Of a stretch of DNA of 64,000 bases, positions 27,932 through 37,213 are shown in pieces. The first letter of the stretch is position 1; each line of letters opens with the position of its first letter. The position numbers and the translations under genes were made by a program. The stretch is from an uncultured Anaerolineaceae bacterium (lineage in GTDB: Bacteria > Chloroflexota > Anaerolineae > Anaerolineales > UBA4823): contig CAYGZL010000106.1 in assembly GCA_964354345.1 (NCBI GenBank), forward strand, positions 6,170 to 70,169, given 5' to 3'. The notes below the pieces were generated by a model, which was not told the origin of the DNA, searched no databases, and worked only from the letters and a program-made list of their open reading frames with translations.

Positions 27932-28282
27932 TTACCATTGGATATACCAAAAAATGAAACAGGCGAAGGGTAAAACGAACAGTAGGCCAAAGACAGCCGC
28001 CAAAATAAGCTGGTTTTTAATGCCTCCTTCTCTGGGTATCCTACCGCCAATGATTCCACCCGCGATGGCCGGCAAGGCTACCGCGAGTAGGATTACTACC
28101 AAGACTCTTAAATGAAAAGGTCCACTTCTCATGGCTTCTTCTGCTTCTATAGGGATAACTTCTTGCCAGATATAATTAAAACCTACGGTTGCGAATAGAC
28201 CAGCGACCAATCCTGTAAAGGCATTTAGTAAGTCGTATCGTAGTTTTAGGAAGGTATTTTGTAAAAAGGCTCGTATTCTCAT
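27932..28282 (-). CDS. Small hypothetical membrane protein (3 predicted TM)
   Basis: 116 aa with three hydrophobic stretches. Lies between the radical SAM and esterase genes. I recognise no family. Confidence 0.5.
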   Translation of the reverse strand: MRIRAFLQNTFLKLRYDLLNAFTGLVAGLFATVGFNYIWQEVIPIEAEEAMRSGPFHLRVLVVILLAVALPAIAGGIIGGRIPREGGIKNQLILAAVFGLLFVLPFACFIFWYIQW

Positions 28283-28368
28283 ACGCTTTTCACCCTTTCT
28301 ATATTGTGATCATTCGTTTTATTGTATGGGTGGAGAATCTCGCCAAAGGAAGGTATATCCAGATTTGA

Positions 28369-29931
28369 CTACCAGCTTGGTGGGATAGGCCACCAGTTCG
28401 CTTCTTTTCCTACTCGCAACTCATCCCAGGCATCTGCCATACGCCCCAAAGAGCGGGTATCCAGGTCTTTTAGTCGAAAACCGCGGTTCAACTCACTGCG
28501 CGCTCCTGGATTAGCGAGTTGCGTAGCCCGGCAGTAGTTATAGAAATCCATAAAACTGGTCATGCTGGACACGATCCCGAATTTATCTGGAGACTGGTTC
28601 ATTGGTGAGAAGGGATCGATGGTGTGAACTGAATTAAGGATTCGTAGAGAGGATGAGGGATAGAACTCGTAAATTTCACGTGCCAGGTTCAATGTTTCCT
28701 GAAAGGTTTCGTTGTTCTCTCCCGGCAGGTTCAGTGAAAAATAGACCAGCAGGTAAAGATTATTTCGGCTAAGGTATTCTAATGTATCAAAAAGTGCGTC
28801 ATTTGAAAATTGTTTACCATTCAATCGCCGTACTTTTTCATTGCCTGAAAGTGGACTCAGGACGACACAGGAATGAGACATGTCCACACTCCGCGTAAAT
28901 TCATCAATAAACGCGGGCTCAGGGAGTTGGAAAAACTCATTATAAATACTGATCTTTACGCCGCTGTTTCTCAACTGTAAGAAAAACTCCCTCCAATAAT
29001 CTGCGTCTAATTCAGCCAGGTCGTAAGACATGGAGGCCTGGATAACGCCCGAGTGAGCAAGCTTCTTGAGGTCAGCCACCAGTTTATGTGGGGAGCGCGT
29101 TACTAGTCCGGTACGACCAGCGAGTCTTTCATGGGCGTCCTTGTTACCGCCACAATAAGAACAATGATACCGGCAACCTCGAGCGGAGGTCAGCCAGCGT
29201 CCTTTGAAGGGATTGGTATGTAAGGCGTCGAGCGCTTGATCGGCATCCAGAACCACGTATTCGCTGACATAATATTCCAGATAGTGATCCATGAAATCAA
29301 TATCAACGAAATTTAGCGCATCTAACTCCTGCGTTGTTGCGGTATAGCTCAAGGGATTCTCTACAATACCAGCTTCACTCCGGTAGGAGAGGTTCGGAAT
29401 ATCACCCAACGCCAGCAGGGCACTAGAACGGCTGCCTGCTTTTAACAGACGTTGCACCAGCTCAAGTAATGGTTTCTCCCCGTCTCCTCGGACGATGAAA
29501 TCGATCTCCGGGAAGCGCTCCAGGATTTCTCTGGAAAATCCGGAAGCCGTCAGACCACCCAGCACGATCCAGGCCCAGGGTATGACCTGTTTACACAACT
29601 GGGCAATTTTAACCGCTCCGTAGCTGTGCTCATACCAATGTAAATCGATCAGGACAACACGCACTCCCTGGCGCGAACTCAACCAGTTCCGCAGGCTGAA
29701 GTTTTTATCCAGTTGTCTTTCCTGAGCATAGTTCACTCCACGCACAGGGATGCCATTCTCGCGTAAGACATTCACCAATCCCGCTACTCCCACCGGCAAA
29801 AGCGCGTAAGGGCGCCCCATATTCGGCTCCATACTGAAATCGACGCCTTGCTTGGCAGGATGGATGTAGATTACCGGAGTTTCTCCCCGGGGAAACTTAG
29901 CCGCTGGAGGCTGTTCGTATTTGAGGTTCAT
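28369..29931 (-). CDS. Class-B (B12-binding-domain) radical SAM protein, COG1032-like
   Basis: N-terminal Rossmann-like VVLIDLHWYE..IVLGGLTAS..IVRGDGEKPLLELV. CX3CX2C is CRYHCSYC at aa 253-260 (nt 29152-29175). Confidence 0.8.
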   Translation of the reverse strand: MNLKYEQPPAAKFPRGETPVIYIHPAKQGVDFSMEPNMGRPYALLPVGVAGLVNVLRENGIPVRGVNYAQERQLDKNFSLRNWLSSRQGVRVVLIDLHWYEHSYGAVKIAQLCKQVIPWAWIVLGGLTASGFSREILERFPEIDFIVRGDGEKPLLELVQRLLKAGSRSSALLALGDIPNLSYRSEAGIVENPLSYTATTQELDALNFVDIDFMDHYLEYYVSEYVVLDADQALDALHTNPFKGRWLTSARGCRYHCSYCGGNKDAHERLAGRTGLVTRSPHKLVADLKKLAHSGVIQASMSYDLAELDADYWREFFLQLRNSGVKISIYNEFFQLPEPAFIDEFTRSVDMSHSCVVLSPLSGNEKVRRLNGKQFSNDALFDTLEYLSRNNLYLLVYFSLNLPGENNETFQETLNLAREIYEFYPSSSLRILNSVHTIDPFSPMNQSPDKFGIVSSMTSFMDFYNYCRATQLANPGARSELNRGFRLKDLDTRSLGRMADAWDELRVGKEANWWPIPPSW

Positions 29932-29943
29932 TAACCGGTTATT

Positions 29944-30768
29944 CTACTCTTTCCGGGTGGAGAACATTTCCCATTTCCGCGGATCATAACGGACGAGGTT
30001 AATGCCGTAAGCGCCATCAATGTAAATCGTGGTGCCGGTGATGTAAGATGCCAGATCCGAAGCCAGGAAAACGACCGTATTGGCAACCTCATCCACCTCG
30101 CCAACCCGCTTGAGGGGAACCCAATCCGTGAAATAATTCTTCCAGGACTCATCGGTATGGTATCCCTCGCGGTGCGAGTCGATGGCTCCCGGAGAAACAC
30201 CAACGACGCGGATGCCAAGCTCGCCCCACTCCAACGCAAGTTCTTTGGTTAGCATGGTGAGACCGGCCTTGGAGGAATTGTAATGAGCTGCGCCCATGCG
30301 GGGCACAATATCGTGCATCGACGAATTATTGATTACCACTCCGCCGGTTCCTTGTGCGCGCGCCATGGCGGCAAAAGTCCGCGCACACATAAATGAGCCG
30401 CGTAAATTGACTCCATGGACGCGGTCCCATTCACTCATAGGCATTTCTATGGCGCCATACATTGACTCAGTCCCGGCATTGTTGACCAGGATATCCAGGC
30501 CGCCCAACACTTCACTGGCCTGTTGGAACAAGCGAGATACATCTTCTTCCTTGCTGATATCTGCTTCAATGGCGAAAGCACTTCCCTCACCATATTGTTG
30601 ATTTAGGCTTTCGATCAGAATATTGGCGGCTTCGGGATGAACGATATAATTAACCACGACGCGTGCCCCGGCAGCTGCCAGGCGAGTAACGATGGCTGCG
30701 CCGATCCCGGTGTTGCCTCCTGTCACCAGGGCACGCTTACCATTGAGGTTTATTTCGACTGTTTGCAT
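29944..30768 (-). CDS. Classical SDR oxidoreductase (FabG / glucose-1-dehydrogenase-like)
   Basis: TGGNTGIGAA, NNAG, and S..Y..SK (AHYNSSKAG). RBS AAGGAG. Confidence 0.85.
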   Translation of the reverse strand: MQTVEINLNGKRALVTGGNTGIGAAIVTRLAAAGARVVVNYIVHPEAANILIESLNQQYGEGSAFAIEADISKEEDVSRLFQQASEVLGGLDILVNNAGTESMYGAIEMPMSEWDRVHGVNLRGSFMCARTFAAMARAQGTGGVVINNSSMHDIVPRMGAAHYNSSKAGLTMLTKELALEWGELGIRVVGVSPGAIDSHREGYHTDESWKNYFTDWVPLKRVGEVDEVANTVVFLASDLASYITGTTIYIDGAYGINLVRYDPRKWEMFSTRKE

Positions 30769-30993
30769 TTTTATTCTCCTTTGATATCAGTCTACCAAAT
30801 AACCATGCCAACGATTAATTATATCGTAACGACTCAGGCAGGTAAAGTAAACCGAGTTTGAAGAATAGAGGAAAGAACGACTTACCAGACAAAGCCAGAT
30901 AAGCGGTATCCATGTCAAGCATGTGTTGGCTCTTGGGATGAAGCCTACCTGCTCAAGGTTGTATCTGACCGAAATATAATTACTTTATTCTCC

Positions 30994-31023
30994 TTGTAAA
31001 ACTAATGATATATGATATATAAT
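30994..31023 (+). promoter_or_regulatory. Candidate promoter about 300 nt upstream of the ABC importer operon
   Basis: TTGTAA (30994-30999), an 18-nt spacer, then TATAAT (31018-31023), in the most AT-rich part of the 555-bp gap. Confidence 0.3.
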
Positions 31024-31323
31024 AGTCAATGTTTGGATGGATAGTTTTCGGTAATCCGAGCACTCTTGTTCGAGACGGATAAGACTTTGTTAACATGAAA
31101 AGCCCGGAAAAACACTTGTTTTTACACCCAATCGAAAATCAGCTTTGTAATGGTGTTGGATGACTCTACCCATGGGTTGTCCGACTAATATTTTGAAATC
31201 CAAAAATTGGCCTTCAGGTCAGGAGGGGAGGATCCTAAAAAATTTTCACTCACAACCCTATTCATCCACTACCCACTCACTATATCCCAATGAGAATCAC
31301 AAACTAGATTAGGAGATAGAGAA

Positions 31324-33156
31324 ATGTCCGATAAAATTTCCCGTAGAGAGTTTTTGCGAATTTCAGCTGTAACTGCGGCCGGCGCTTTATTAGCCGCTTG
31401 TGGGACTACCGCCCCGGCCACCGAGGTTCCCAAGGTTACCGCGCCTCCCCAGGCCACTGCTACCACGGCGCCACCGAAACTGAAAGAAGTCCCTCGCAAT
31501 CGCACGATTAACCTGGCTTGGAGTATTAGCTCCCCTATTGGCGTGACCAACGCCTTAGCCGCCCCGGGGTACACCCACCAGGAAGGCAACTCATTACTGA
31601 GTGAAGGCTTGGCGTACTATATGATCTACGCCAGTAAGACAACCCCCTGGATTGCCGAGAGCATGACTTATACCAAGCCAGACTTCACGGAGTTGACCAT
31701 TAAGCTCCGCAAGGAAGCCATGTGGAGTGATGGAACGCCGTTGACCTCGAAGGATGTAGCGTTTACCTTCAACCAGCAGATGACCAATGAGAAAGCGAAC
31801 TACCACGCCCAGTTCTTGGCGTTCGTGCAGGAGTTCAAGGCGACGGATGCACAGACCGTGGTGGTAACCTTCAAGCAGCCCTCCCCGCGTTTCGCGTTCG
31901 AGGTGCTGACATGCAAGTTCGATACCGGTATGGGGGGCGTGATCGTTCCCGAGCACGTGTTGAGCAAGGTGCCGGATGTCAATGCCCATGCGGGCGGTTT
32001 GGATATGCCCCACTCAGGTCCCTATACCTTAGTCGTCTGGGATCAGAATCAGAAGATCTTTGACCTGCGCGAAGATTGGTGGGCGATCAAAGCAGGCATC
32101 GCCCAGGTTCCGGACGCCAAGCGCGTCGTCATGACCAACCTCGGCGGTCAGGTCGGCCAGAACATGGACGTAGTCGCCCAGCGCGTGGTGAACAACGAGT
32201 ATGACATGACGCTCGACATGCGCAGCGCGGTTATCGGCAACATCCTCAAGCAGAATCCCAAGGTGACCACCCATACCGGCGATAAATCTCCGTATGGGTA
32301 TCTGGACTGGTGGCCGAACTCCTTGTGGAGCAACTCCCTGATTGCGCCTTACAGTGATCCAAACGTGCGTAAGGCCATGAGCCTGGCAATTGACCGGGAT
32401 AAGATTGACACGATGCTCTACGAGGGTGCAAAGGTATCGTCCATCTACCCGTTCCCGCTCTACCCCAACCTGGTAAAGTTCACCGAACTCCCGGACGTGC
32501 AGGCGTTGATCGCGAAGTATGAACCGCGCAAGTTCGATCTCGCCAAGAGTGCGGAGCTCATGACCGGCGTAGGCTTCACCAAGAACGCCGACGGGCTGTG
32601 GGAGAAAGACGGTGCGACCGTTAATTGCACCATCAACGGCTTTGAGGGCATTCACTCCGACATCATCCCCATCCTGGTGGAGATGTTGAAAACGGCGGGT
32701 TTCGACGCCAGCATTAACTTCGGCACCGACGCCTACCAGAATATGATTGACGGCAAGCCTGGTCTGTACATGTACGGTCATGGCGCCAGCCTGGTCGATC
32801 CGTATGCCGCCTTCGAGCTGTACAACGGCAAATTCAGCGCGCCAATCAACACCACGTCTGGCAGTAACCACTTGTCGCGCACCAATATCCCGGAATTCAC
32901 CGCGCTCAACGATGCGATGGCACCGCTGGCTTCGGACGATCCGGAATTCACAAAACTGGCTATAGGATGTATGGAGATTTACTGGCGGGATACACTTGAT
33001 ATCCCGGTTATCCAGTGGCTGCACCGTATCCCCTACAACCTGACCTACTGGACAAACTATCCAACTGAGGCCAATCCGAGCATCGGTTGTAACGGCGCCT
33101 TCTGGCACCACACCGGTATGCTCGTTCTCACCACCATGAAAGCGGCTCAGGCATAA
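31324..33156 (+). CDS. ABC transporter substrate-binding lipoprotein, family 5 (peptide/oligosaccharide type), Tat signal
   Basis: SRREFLRISAVTAAGALLAAC (Tat plus lipobox), a Pro/Thr linker, and a 610-aa family-5 SBP-like body. RBS AGGAGA. Confidence 0.85.
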   Translation: MSDKISRREFLRISAVTAAGALLAACGTTAPATEVPKVTAPPQATATTAPPKLKEVPRNRTINLAWSISSPIGVTNALAAPGYTHQEGNSLLSEGLAYYMIYASKTTPWIAESMTYTKPDFTELTIKLRKEAMWSDGTPLTSKDVAFTFNQQMTNEKANYHAQFLAFVQEFKATDAQTVVVTFKQPSPRFAFEVLTCKFDTGMGGVIVPEHVLSKVPDVNAHAGGLDMPHSGPYTLVVWDQNQKIFDLREDWWAIKAGIAQVPDAKRVVMTNLGGQVGQNMDVVAQRVVNNEYDMTLDMRSAVIGNILKQNPKVTTHTGDKSPYGYLDWWPNSLWSNSLIAPYSDPNVRKAMSLAIDRDKIDTMLYEGAKVSSIYPFPLYPNLVKFTELPDVQALIAKYEPRKFDLAKSAELMTGVGFTKNADGLWEKDGATVNCTINGFEGIHSDIIPILVEMLKTAGFDASINFGTDAYQNMIDGKPGLYMYGHGASLVDPYAAFELYNGKFSAPINTTSGSNHLSRTNIPEFTALNDAMAPLASDDPEFTKLAIGCMEIYWRDTLDIPVIQWLHRIPYNLTYWTNYPTEANPSIGCNGAFWHHTGMLVLTTMKAAQA

Positions 33157-33167
33157 ATTTATCTATG

Positions 33168-33205
33168 AATCGTTGCGTGGTACGTTGGCGTGCCACGCAA
33201 CGATT
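33168..33205 (+). other. 17-bp intercistronic stem-loop after the SBP gene
   Basis: AATCGTTGCGTGGTACG / loop TTGG / CGTGCCACGCAACGATT, with one G-U pair. No T-tract follows. Confidence 0.7.
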
Positions 33206-33273
33206 ACTCAGATCTCCAGTCCTGAGGATATCTACAATATGTTACCTGTTTCCAAGAAGGAGGATGAGCGATC

Positions 33274-34275
33274 ATGAGTGTTAAAAAAATCGTCTCACGC
33301 CTTTTATTCCTCGTCCTGGTGATCTGGGCTGCTTCCACGATCACCTTCTTCGTCCCGAGGATTTCGTCTAAAAATCCCGTCCGCGAACGCTTCAACCAAC
33401 TGGCCATGTCCGGCGGCTTCAATCCGACCGACATGGAAGTCATAATCGCTTCTTATAACGCCAAGTTCGGGTTGGACAAGCCGTTGTATCAGCAATACTT
33501 TGACTACATCTCGGGCATAGCCAGGCTCGATCTGGGCGTATCGTTTAACAAGTATCCCAGGACGGTGATGCAATTAGTTATGGATTCTCTGCCCTGGACG
33601 ATCGCGTTGCTGCTGGTCACGACAGTCCTGTCTTTTGTCATCGGCAACCTGCTCGGCGCGGTAGCTGCCTGGCCCCGCTCGCCAAAATGGCTGCGCATGA
33701 TTGCCACGCCGTTCGTGCTGCTGATGGGAGTGCCTCCGGTGATCATGGCAGTGTTGCTCTTGTTCTTCGTCGCCTTTCGATTAAAATTCTTACCACTGGG
33801 TAGTGCTTACTCCACCGGCGTGATCCCTGACTGGTCATCAGCGGAATTCATCTGGGATGTGATTAAACACCAGATCCTGCCCGCGCTGGCGCTCATTCTG
33901 GGTACCGTGGGAGGCTGGGTGCTGTCCATGCGCGGCATGGGGGTAACCATCCAGGGAGAGGATTACGTCCTCTTCGCCGAACATAAAGGCCTGGGCGGCT
34001 ATGCGATATTCAAGGACTACTACCTGCGCAATGCCCTGCTCCCACAGGTGACCGGTTTGGCGCTGGCACTGGGCACCGTGGTCACATCAGCCATTGTCGT
34101 TGAGAGCATGTTTGGTCTGCCTGGTCTCGGTACTGTGTTAAACCAGGCCATCCGAGCGAACGATTTCTTGGTTATTTACGGCGTTGTATTATTCATCACC
34201 ATCGCCGTGGCTTCGCTGATGGTTTTGGTAGAATTATTCTATCCGTTGCTGGACCCTCGCATTCGCCAGGAGTAA
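33274..34275 (+). CDS. ABC transporter permease (DppB/OppB type)
   Basis: 333 aa and six hydrophobic segments. EAA-like region in HKGLGGYAIFKDYYLRNALLP. Confidence 0.85.
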   Translation: MSVKKIVSRLLFLVLVIWAASTITFFVPRISSKNPVRERFNQLAMSGGFNPTDMEVIIASYNAKFGLDKPLYQQYFDYISGIARLDLGVSFNKYPRTVMQLVMDSLPWTIALLLVTTVLSFVIGNLLGAVAAWPRSPKWLRMIATPFVLLMGVPPVIMAVLLLFFVAFRLKFLPLGSAYSTGVIPDWSSAEFIWDVIKHQILPALALILGTVGGWVLSMRGMGVTIQGEDYVLFAEHKGLGGYAIFKDYYLRNALLPQVTGLALALGTVVTSAIVVESMFGLPGLGTVLNQAIRANDFLVIYGVVLFITIAVASLMVLVELFYPLLDPRIRQE

Positions 34276-34283
34276 AGAGGTCG

Positions 34284-35183
34284 ATGACCACCCTCGCCAT
34301 TTCCCAACCTGAAGTCATTCAGCCTGGTAGGCTTACACTATTGTTCCGTTATCTACGCCGGAATAAGAGCCTGGCAATCGGCCTGTTCTTAGTGCTTCTA
34401 CTAACCGCCTTCACCGTGTATGGCATGTTAACGATTGATAAGGCCAGGGCCTATCCCCTGACCGTCCCAGCGAAAGAACCCCCCAGCGCGCAATTCCCGC
34501 TTGGCACCGACTTTTTCGGGCGGGATTTGTATGCCGCCATGGTAGTCGGCCTGTGGCAGACGGCGCTCATCGGCGTCCTGGCCGGAGGCATAGGCACGCT
34601 GATCGGCGTGGTGCTGGGTTTCACCTCGGCTTACTTTGGTGGACCCATTGATAGCCTCATCAAAGGTGTTTGCCAGATTCTGACACCCATCCCCCCCTTC
34701 TTGATCCAGGTCATCCTTGCCGGCTCGCTCGATAAACGCATTGTCACGGTATATACCATGGCTTTTATTGTCGTGCTCCTATCGTGGATGGGACCGACCC
34801 TTGTGATCCGCTCGCAGGTACTCTCAATGAAGGAACGGCAGTTTGTCTCTGTGGCTAAACTATCCGGCATGGGCGATCTGGGGATTATCTTTATCGAGAT
34901 CATGCCCAACCTGCTACCTTTTATCGCGGCATCATTTGTAGGGTCGGTGTTCGCTGCTGTATTTGCCTCGTTTTACCTGGCAGTGATCGGCCTGGGTCCC
35001 CTGCGTGAACCGTTGCTTGGCAACACCATCTGGTCAGCGCAAACCCAGGGTGCCTTCTTCAACGGCTGGTGGTGGTGGCCTATCATGCCAGCCGTGGCGA
35101 TGATTATCATCCTCGGCTCACTCGCTCTCATCAACATGGGCCTCGACGAGTTAGCCAACCCGCGTGTCCGCCGGACAGAATAA
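34284..35183 (+). CDS. ABC transporter permease (DppC/OppC type)
   Basis: 299 aa multi-TM protein. Motif SVAKLSGMGDLGIIFIEIMPN. Confidence 0.85.
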   Translation: MTTLAISQPEVIQPGRLTLLFRYLRRNKSLAIGLFLVLLLTAFTVYGMLTIDKARAYPLTVPAKEPPSAQFPLGTDFFGRDLYAAMVVGLWQTALIGVLAGGIGTLIGVVLGFTSAYFGGPIDSLIKGVCQILTPIPPFLIQVILAGSLDKRIVTVYTMAFIVVLLSWMGPTLVIRSQVLSMKERQFVSVAKLSGMGDLGIIFIEIMPNLLPFIAASFVGSVFAAVFASFYLAVIGLGPLREPLLGNTIWSAQTQGAFFNGWWWWPIMPAVAMIIILGSLALINMGLDELANPRVRRTE

Positions 35184-35234
35184 GATCTCACCCCCGACCC
35201 CTCTTTATGGTATGGAGAGGGTGGAGAATCAAGC

Positions 35235-36200
35235 ATGGATCCAGTTCTTCAGATAACGAATTTGCAGGTCTCTTATTACACCGATGCCGGCCGCGCCACG
35301 GCGCTGGCTGGAGCCACCATATCGTTAAACGCAGTTGAAAAGCTTGGTTTGGTGGGCGAGTCCGGCTCAGGTAAAAGCACCATGGCGTTGGCAATGATGC
35401 GCATGATCAAACCGCCAGGTCGTGTCGAAGGCGGGCAGGTGATTATCGACGGCACCGATATTCGTACGCTTTCCGATGAGGCGATGCTTAAAGCCCGTTT
35501 GAGTAAGATTGCTTACATCCCACAGGGCGCCATGAACTCGTTAAATCCGGTTATGCGTATTGGCGCCCAAATGATCGATGCATTGAAGGCACATGGGATA
35601 AAGGAATCGAAAAAAGCGCTGCAAGAACGGTGTATGATAGCGCTCGAATCAGTAGATCTCAAGCGGGGTGTCTTCCGAATGTACGCTCATGAATTGAGTG
35701 GCGGCATGAAACAGCGTGTTTGTATCGCCATTAGCATTTTACTTAAGCCAAAAGTCATCATCTGTGACGAACCAACCAGCGCTCTGGATGTCGTGACCCA
35801 GCGCCAGGTGATGGAGACGATTGATCGCGTGCAGAAAGAAATCGGTGCAGCGGTGATTCTGATCGGGCATGACATGGGTTTGATGGCACAATTTGTCGAT
35901 AAAGTGGCTGTCTTATATGCCGGGCGTCTGATGGAAGTGAGTACAGTACGAGATATGTTCACCGATCCAAAACATCCCTATGCCAAAGCTTTGATCAACA
36001 GTTTACCCGACCTGGAAAATAAGGGTATCTTTAAAGGCATTCCAGGGATTGCACCCTCGATCTTGCGGCTGCCGAGTGGATGTCCATTCCATCCCCGCTG
36101 TATGCAAGTGATGGAGGTATGCGAGTCGAAAATCCCGGAGCTTATAACGTTAGCCGATGGGCGCTCAGTAGCATGCCATCTCTTTTCTGAAAAGGCATAA
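35235..36200 (+). CDS. ABC transporter ATP-binding protein (DppD/OppD type)
   Basis: Walker A GESGSGKST, signature LSGGMKQR, Walker B IICDEPTSALD, and a C-terminal Cys-rich oligopeptide-type tail. Confidence 0.9.
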   Translation: MDPVLQITNLQVSYYTDAGRATALAGATISLNAVEKLGLVGESGSGKSTMALAMMRMIKPPGRVEGGQVIIDGTDIRTLSDEAMLKARLSKIAYIPQGAMNSLNPVMRIGAQMIDALKAHGIKESKKALQERCMIALESVDLKRGVFRMYAHELSGGMKQRVCIAISILLKPKVIICDEPTSALDVVTQRQVMETIDRVQKEIGAAVILIGHDMGLMAQFVDKVAVLYAGRLMEVSTVRDMFTDPKHPYAKALINSLPDLENKGIFKGIPGIAPSILRLPSGCPFHPRCMQVMEVCESKIPELITLADGRSVACHLFSEKA

Positions 36201-36202
36201 TT

Positions 36203-37213
36203 ATGGCAGTATTATTGGAACTTAGAAACGTAACCAAGATTTATACCCGCGGTCTACTTTCGAAAACCTCGACAACCGCACTGGAGAATGCTTCTTTAAA
36301 GTTGGATGATCAACAGCCCACCATTGTTACAGTGGCTGGCGAAAGCGGCAGCGGTAAAACGACGCTGGCGATGTTACTACTTGGCTTTATCACGCCCAGT
36401 TCAGGTCAGATATTATATAAAGGTCAGGATATCAGTCAATTAAGAGGCAGTGAGAGGATAACCTTCCGGCGCGAGGTTCAGGCTGTGTTCCAGGATCCAT
36501 TTGCGGTTTTCAATCCATTTTACACGGTAGATCACTTGTTAACTGTGCCGATTAACCTTTTTAAATTAGCGAAATCGAAAACGGAAGCACGCGATAGAAT
36601 GGACGAAGCGCTAACGGCAGTTGGTTTACGCCCGGAAGATGTGCTGGGACGCTATCCGCATCAGATTTCGGGAGGGCAACGCCAACGGATTAATGTGGCG
36701 CGTGCCCTGGTGCTCAGGCCAAAGTTGCTGGTGGCGGATGAGCCGGTATCGATGGTAGACGCTTCACTGCGCGCAAGCATCCTGGAGACCCTGGTTGGTC
36801 TGCAGAAGAATTTCGGTGTCTCGATTATCTACATCACGCATGACTTAACCACCGCCTACCACATTGCCAGGTCGATTATTGTGCTTTATCGCGGGGCGGT
36901 AATGGAAGCCGGGAATGTCGATTCCGTGATCAAGGAACCGAAACATCCCTACACGCGACTTCTGGTAGATTCGATCCCGTGGCCAAATATCAACCGGCGC
37001 TGGGGTGGAACCGAAATCAAAGCCAAGGAATCAGAATTATCCGAGGGCAGCGCGGGTTGTAAATTCTACTCGCGCTGTCCATTTGCGTTCTGGCCATGCA
37101 AGGACGCGCCGCCGCTCTTTCGCCTGGATGAGTATCACGCGACGGCCTGCTATCTGTTCGAGCAGAACCCGCGCATCGAATCAGAGCAGTTATCGGAATT
37201 ACTACCTGTCTAA
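36203..37213 (+). CDS. ABC transporter ATP-binding protein (DppF/OppF type)
   Basis: Walker A GESGSGKTT, signature ISGGQRQR, Walker B LVADEPVSMVD, and a C-terminal CKFYSRCP motif. Confidence 0.9.
   Translation: MAVLLELRNVTKIYTRGLLSKTSTTALENASLKLDDQQPTIVTVAGESGSGKTTLAMLLLGFITPSSGQILYKGQDISQLRGSERITFRREVQAVFQDPFAVFNPFYTVDHLLTVPINLFKLAKSKTEARDRMDEALTAVGLRPEDVLGRYPHQISGGQRQRINVARALVLRPKLLVADEPVSMVDASLRASILETLVGLQKNFGVSIIYITHDLTTAYHIARSIIVLYRGAVMEAGNVDSVIKEPKHPYTRLLVDSIPWPNINRRWGGTEIKAKESELSEGSAGCKFYSRCPFAFWPCKDAPPLFRLDEYHATACYLFEQNPRIESEQLSELLPV

Noticed and set aside
30983-30997. ctttattctccttg duplicates the SDR RBS region (tttattctcctttg at 30770-30783), hinting at a hidden minus-strand small gene or RiPP precursor.
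   Set aside because: On the minus strand no ATG, GTG or TTG follows the GGAG at a usable distance, and stops occur in all frames. I found no precursor-like ORF on either side of the radical SAM gene.
31205-31235. GGCCTTCAGGTCAGGAGGGGAGGATCC as a possible SRP-RNA-like or other structured RNA motif.
   Set aside because: It resembles the SRP RNA domain IV sequence only superficially. I could draw no flanking helices. It may simply be purine-rich leader sequence.
32029-33111. 360-aa ORF antisense to the substrate-binding-protein gene. Similar long antisense ORFs lie at 8436-9104, 41583-42131, 46267-46839, 57768-58301 and 58756-59289.
   Set aside because: Each lies entirely inside a well-supported gene on the other strand. 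They have Arg/Pro/Gly-rich, low-complexity translations and no RBS. Such ORFs are the expected artefact of GC-rich coding sequence.
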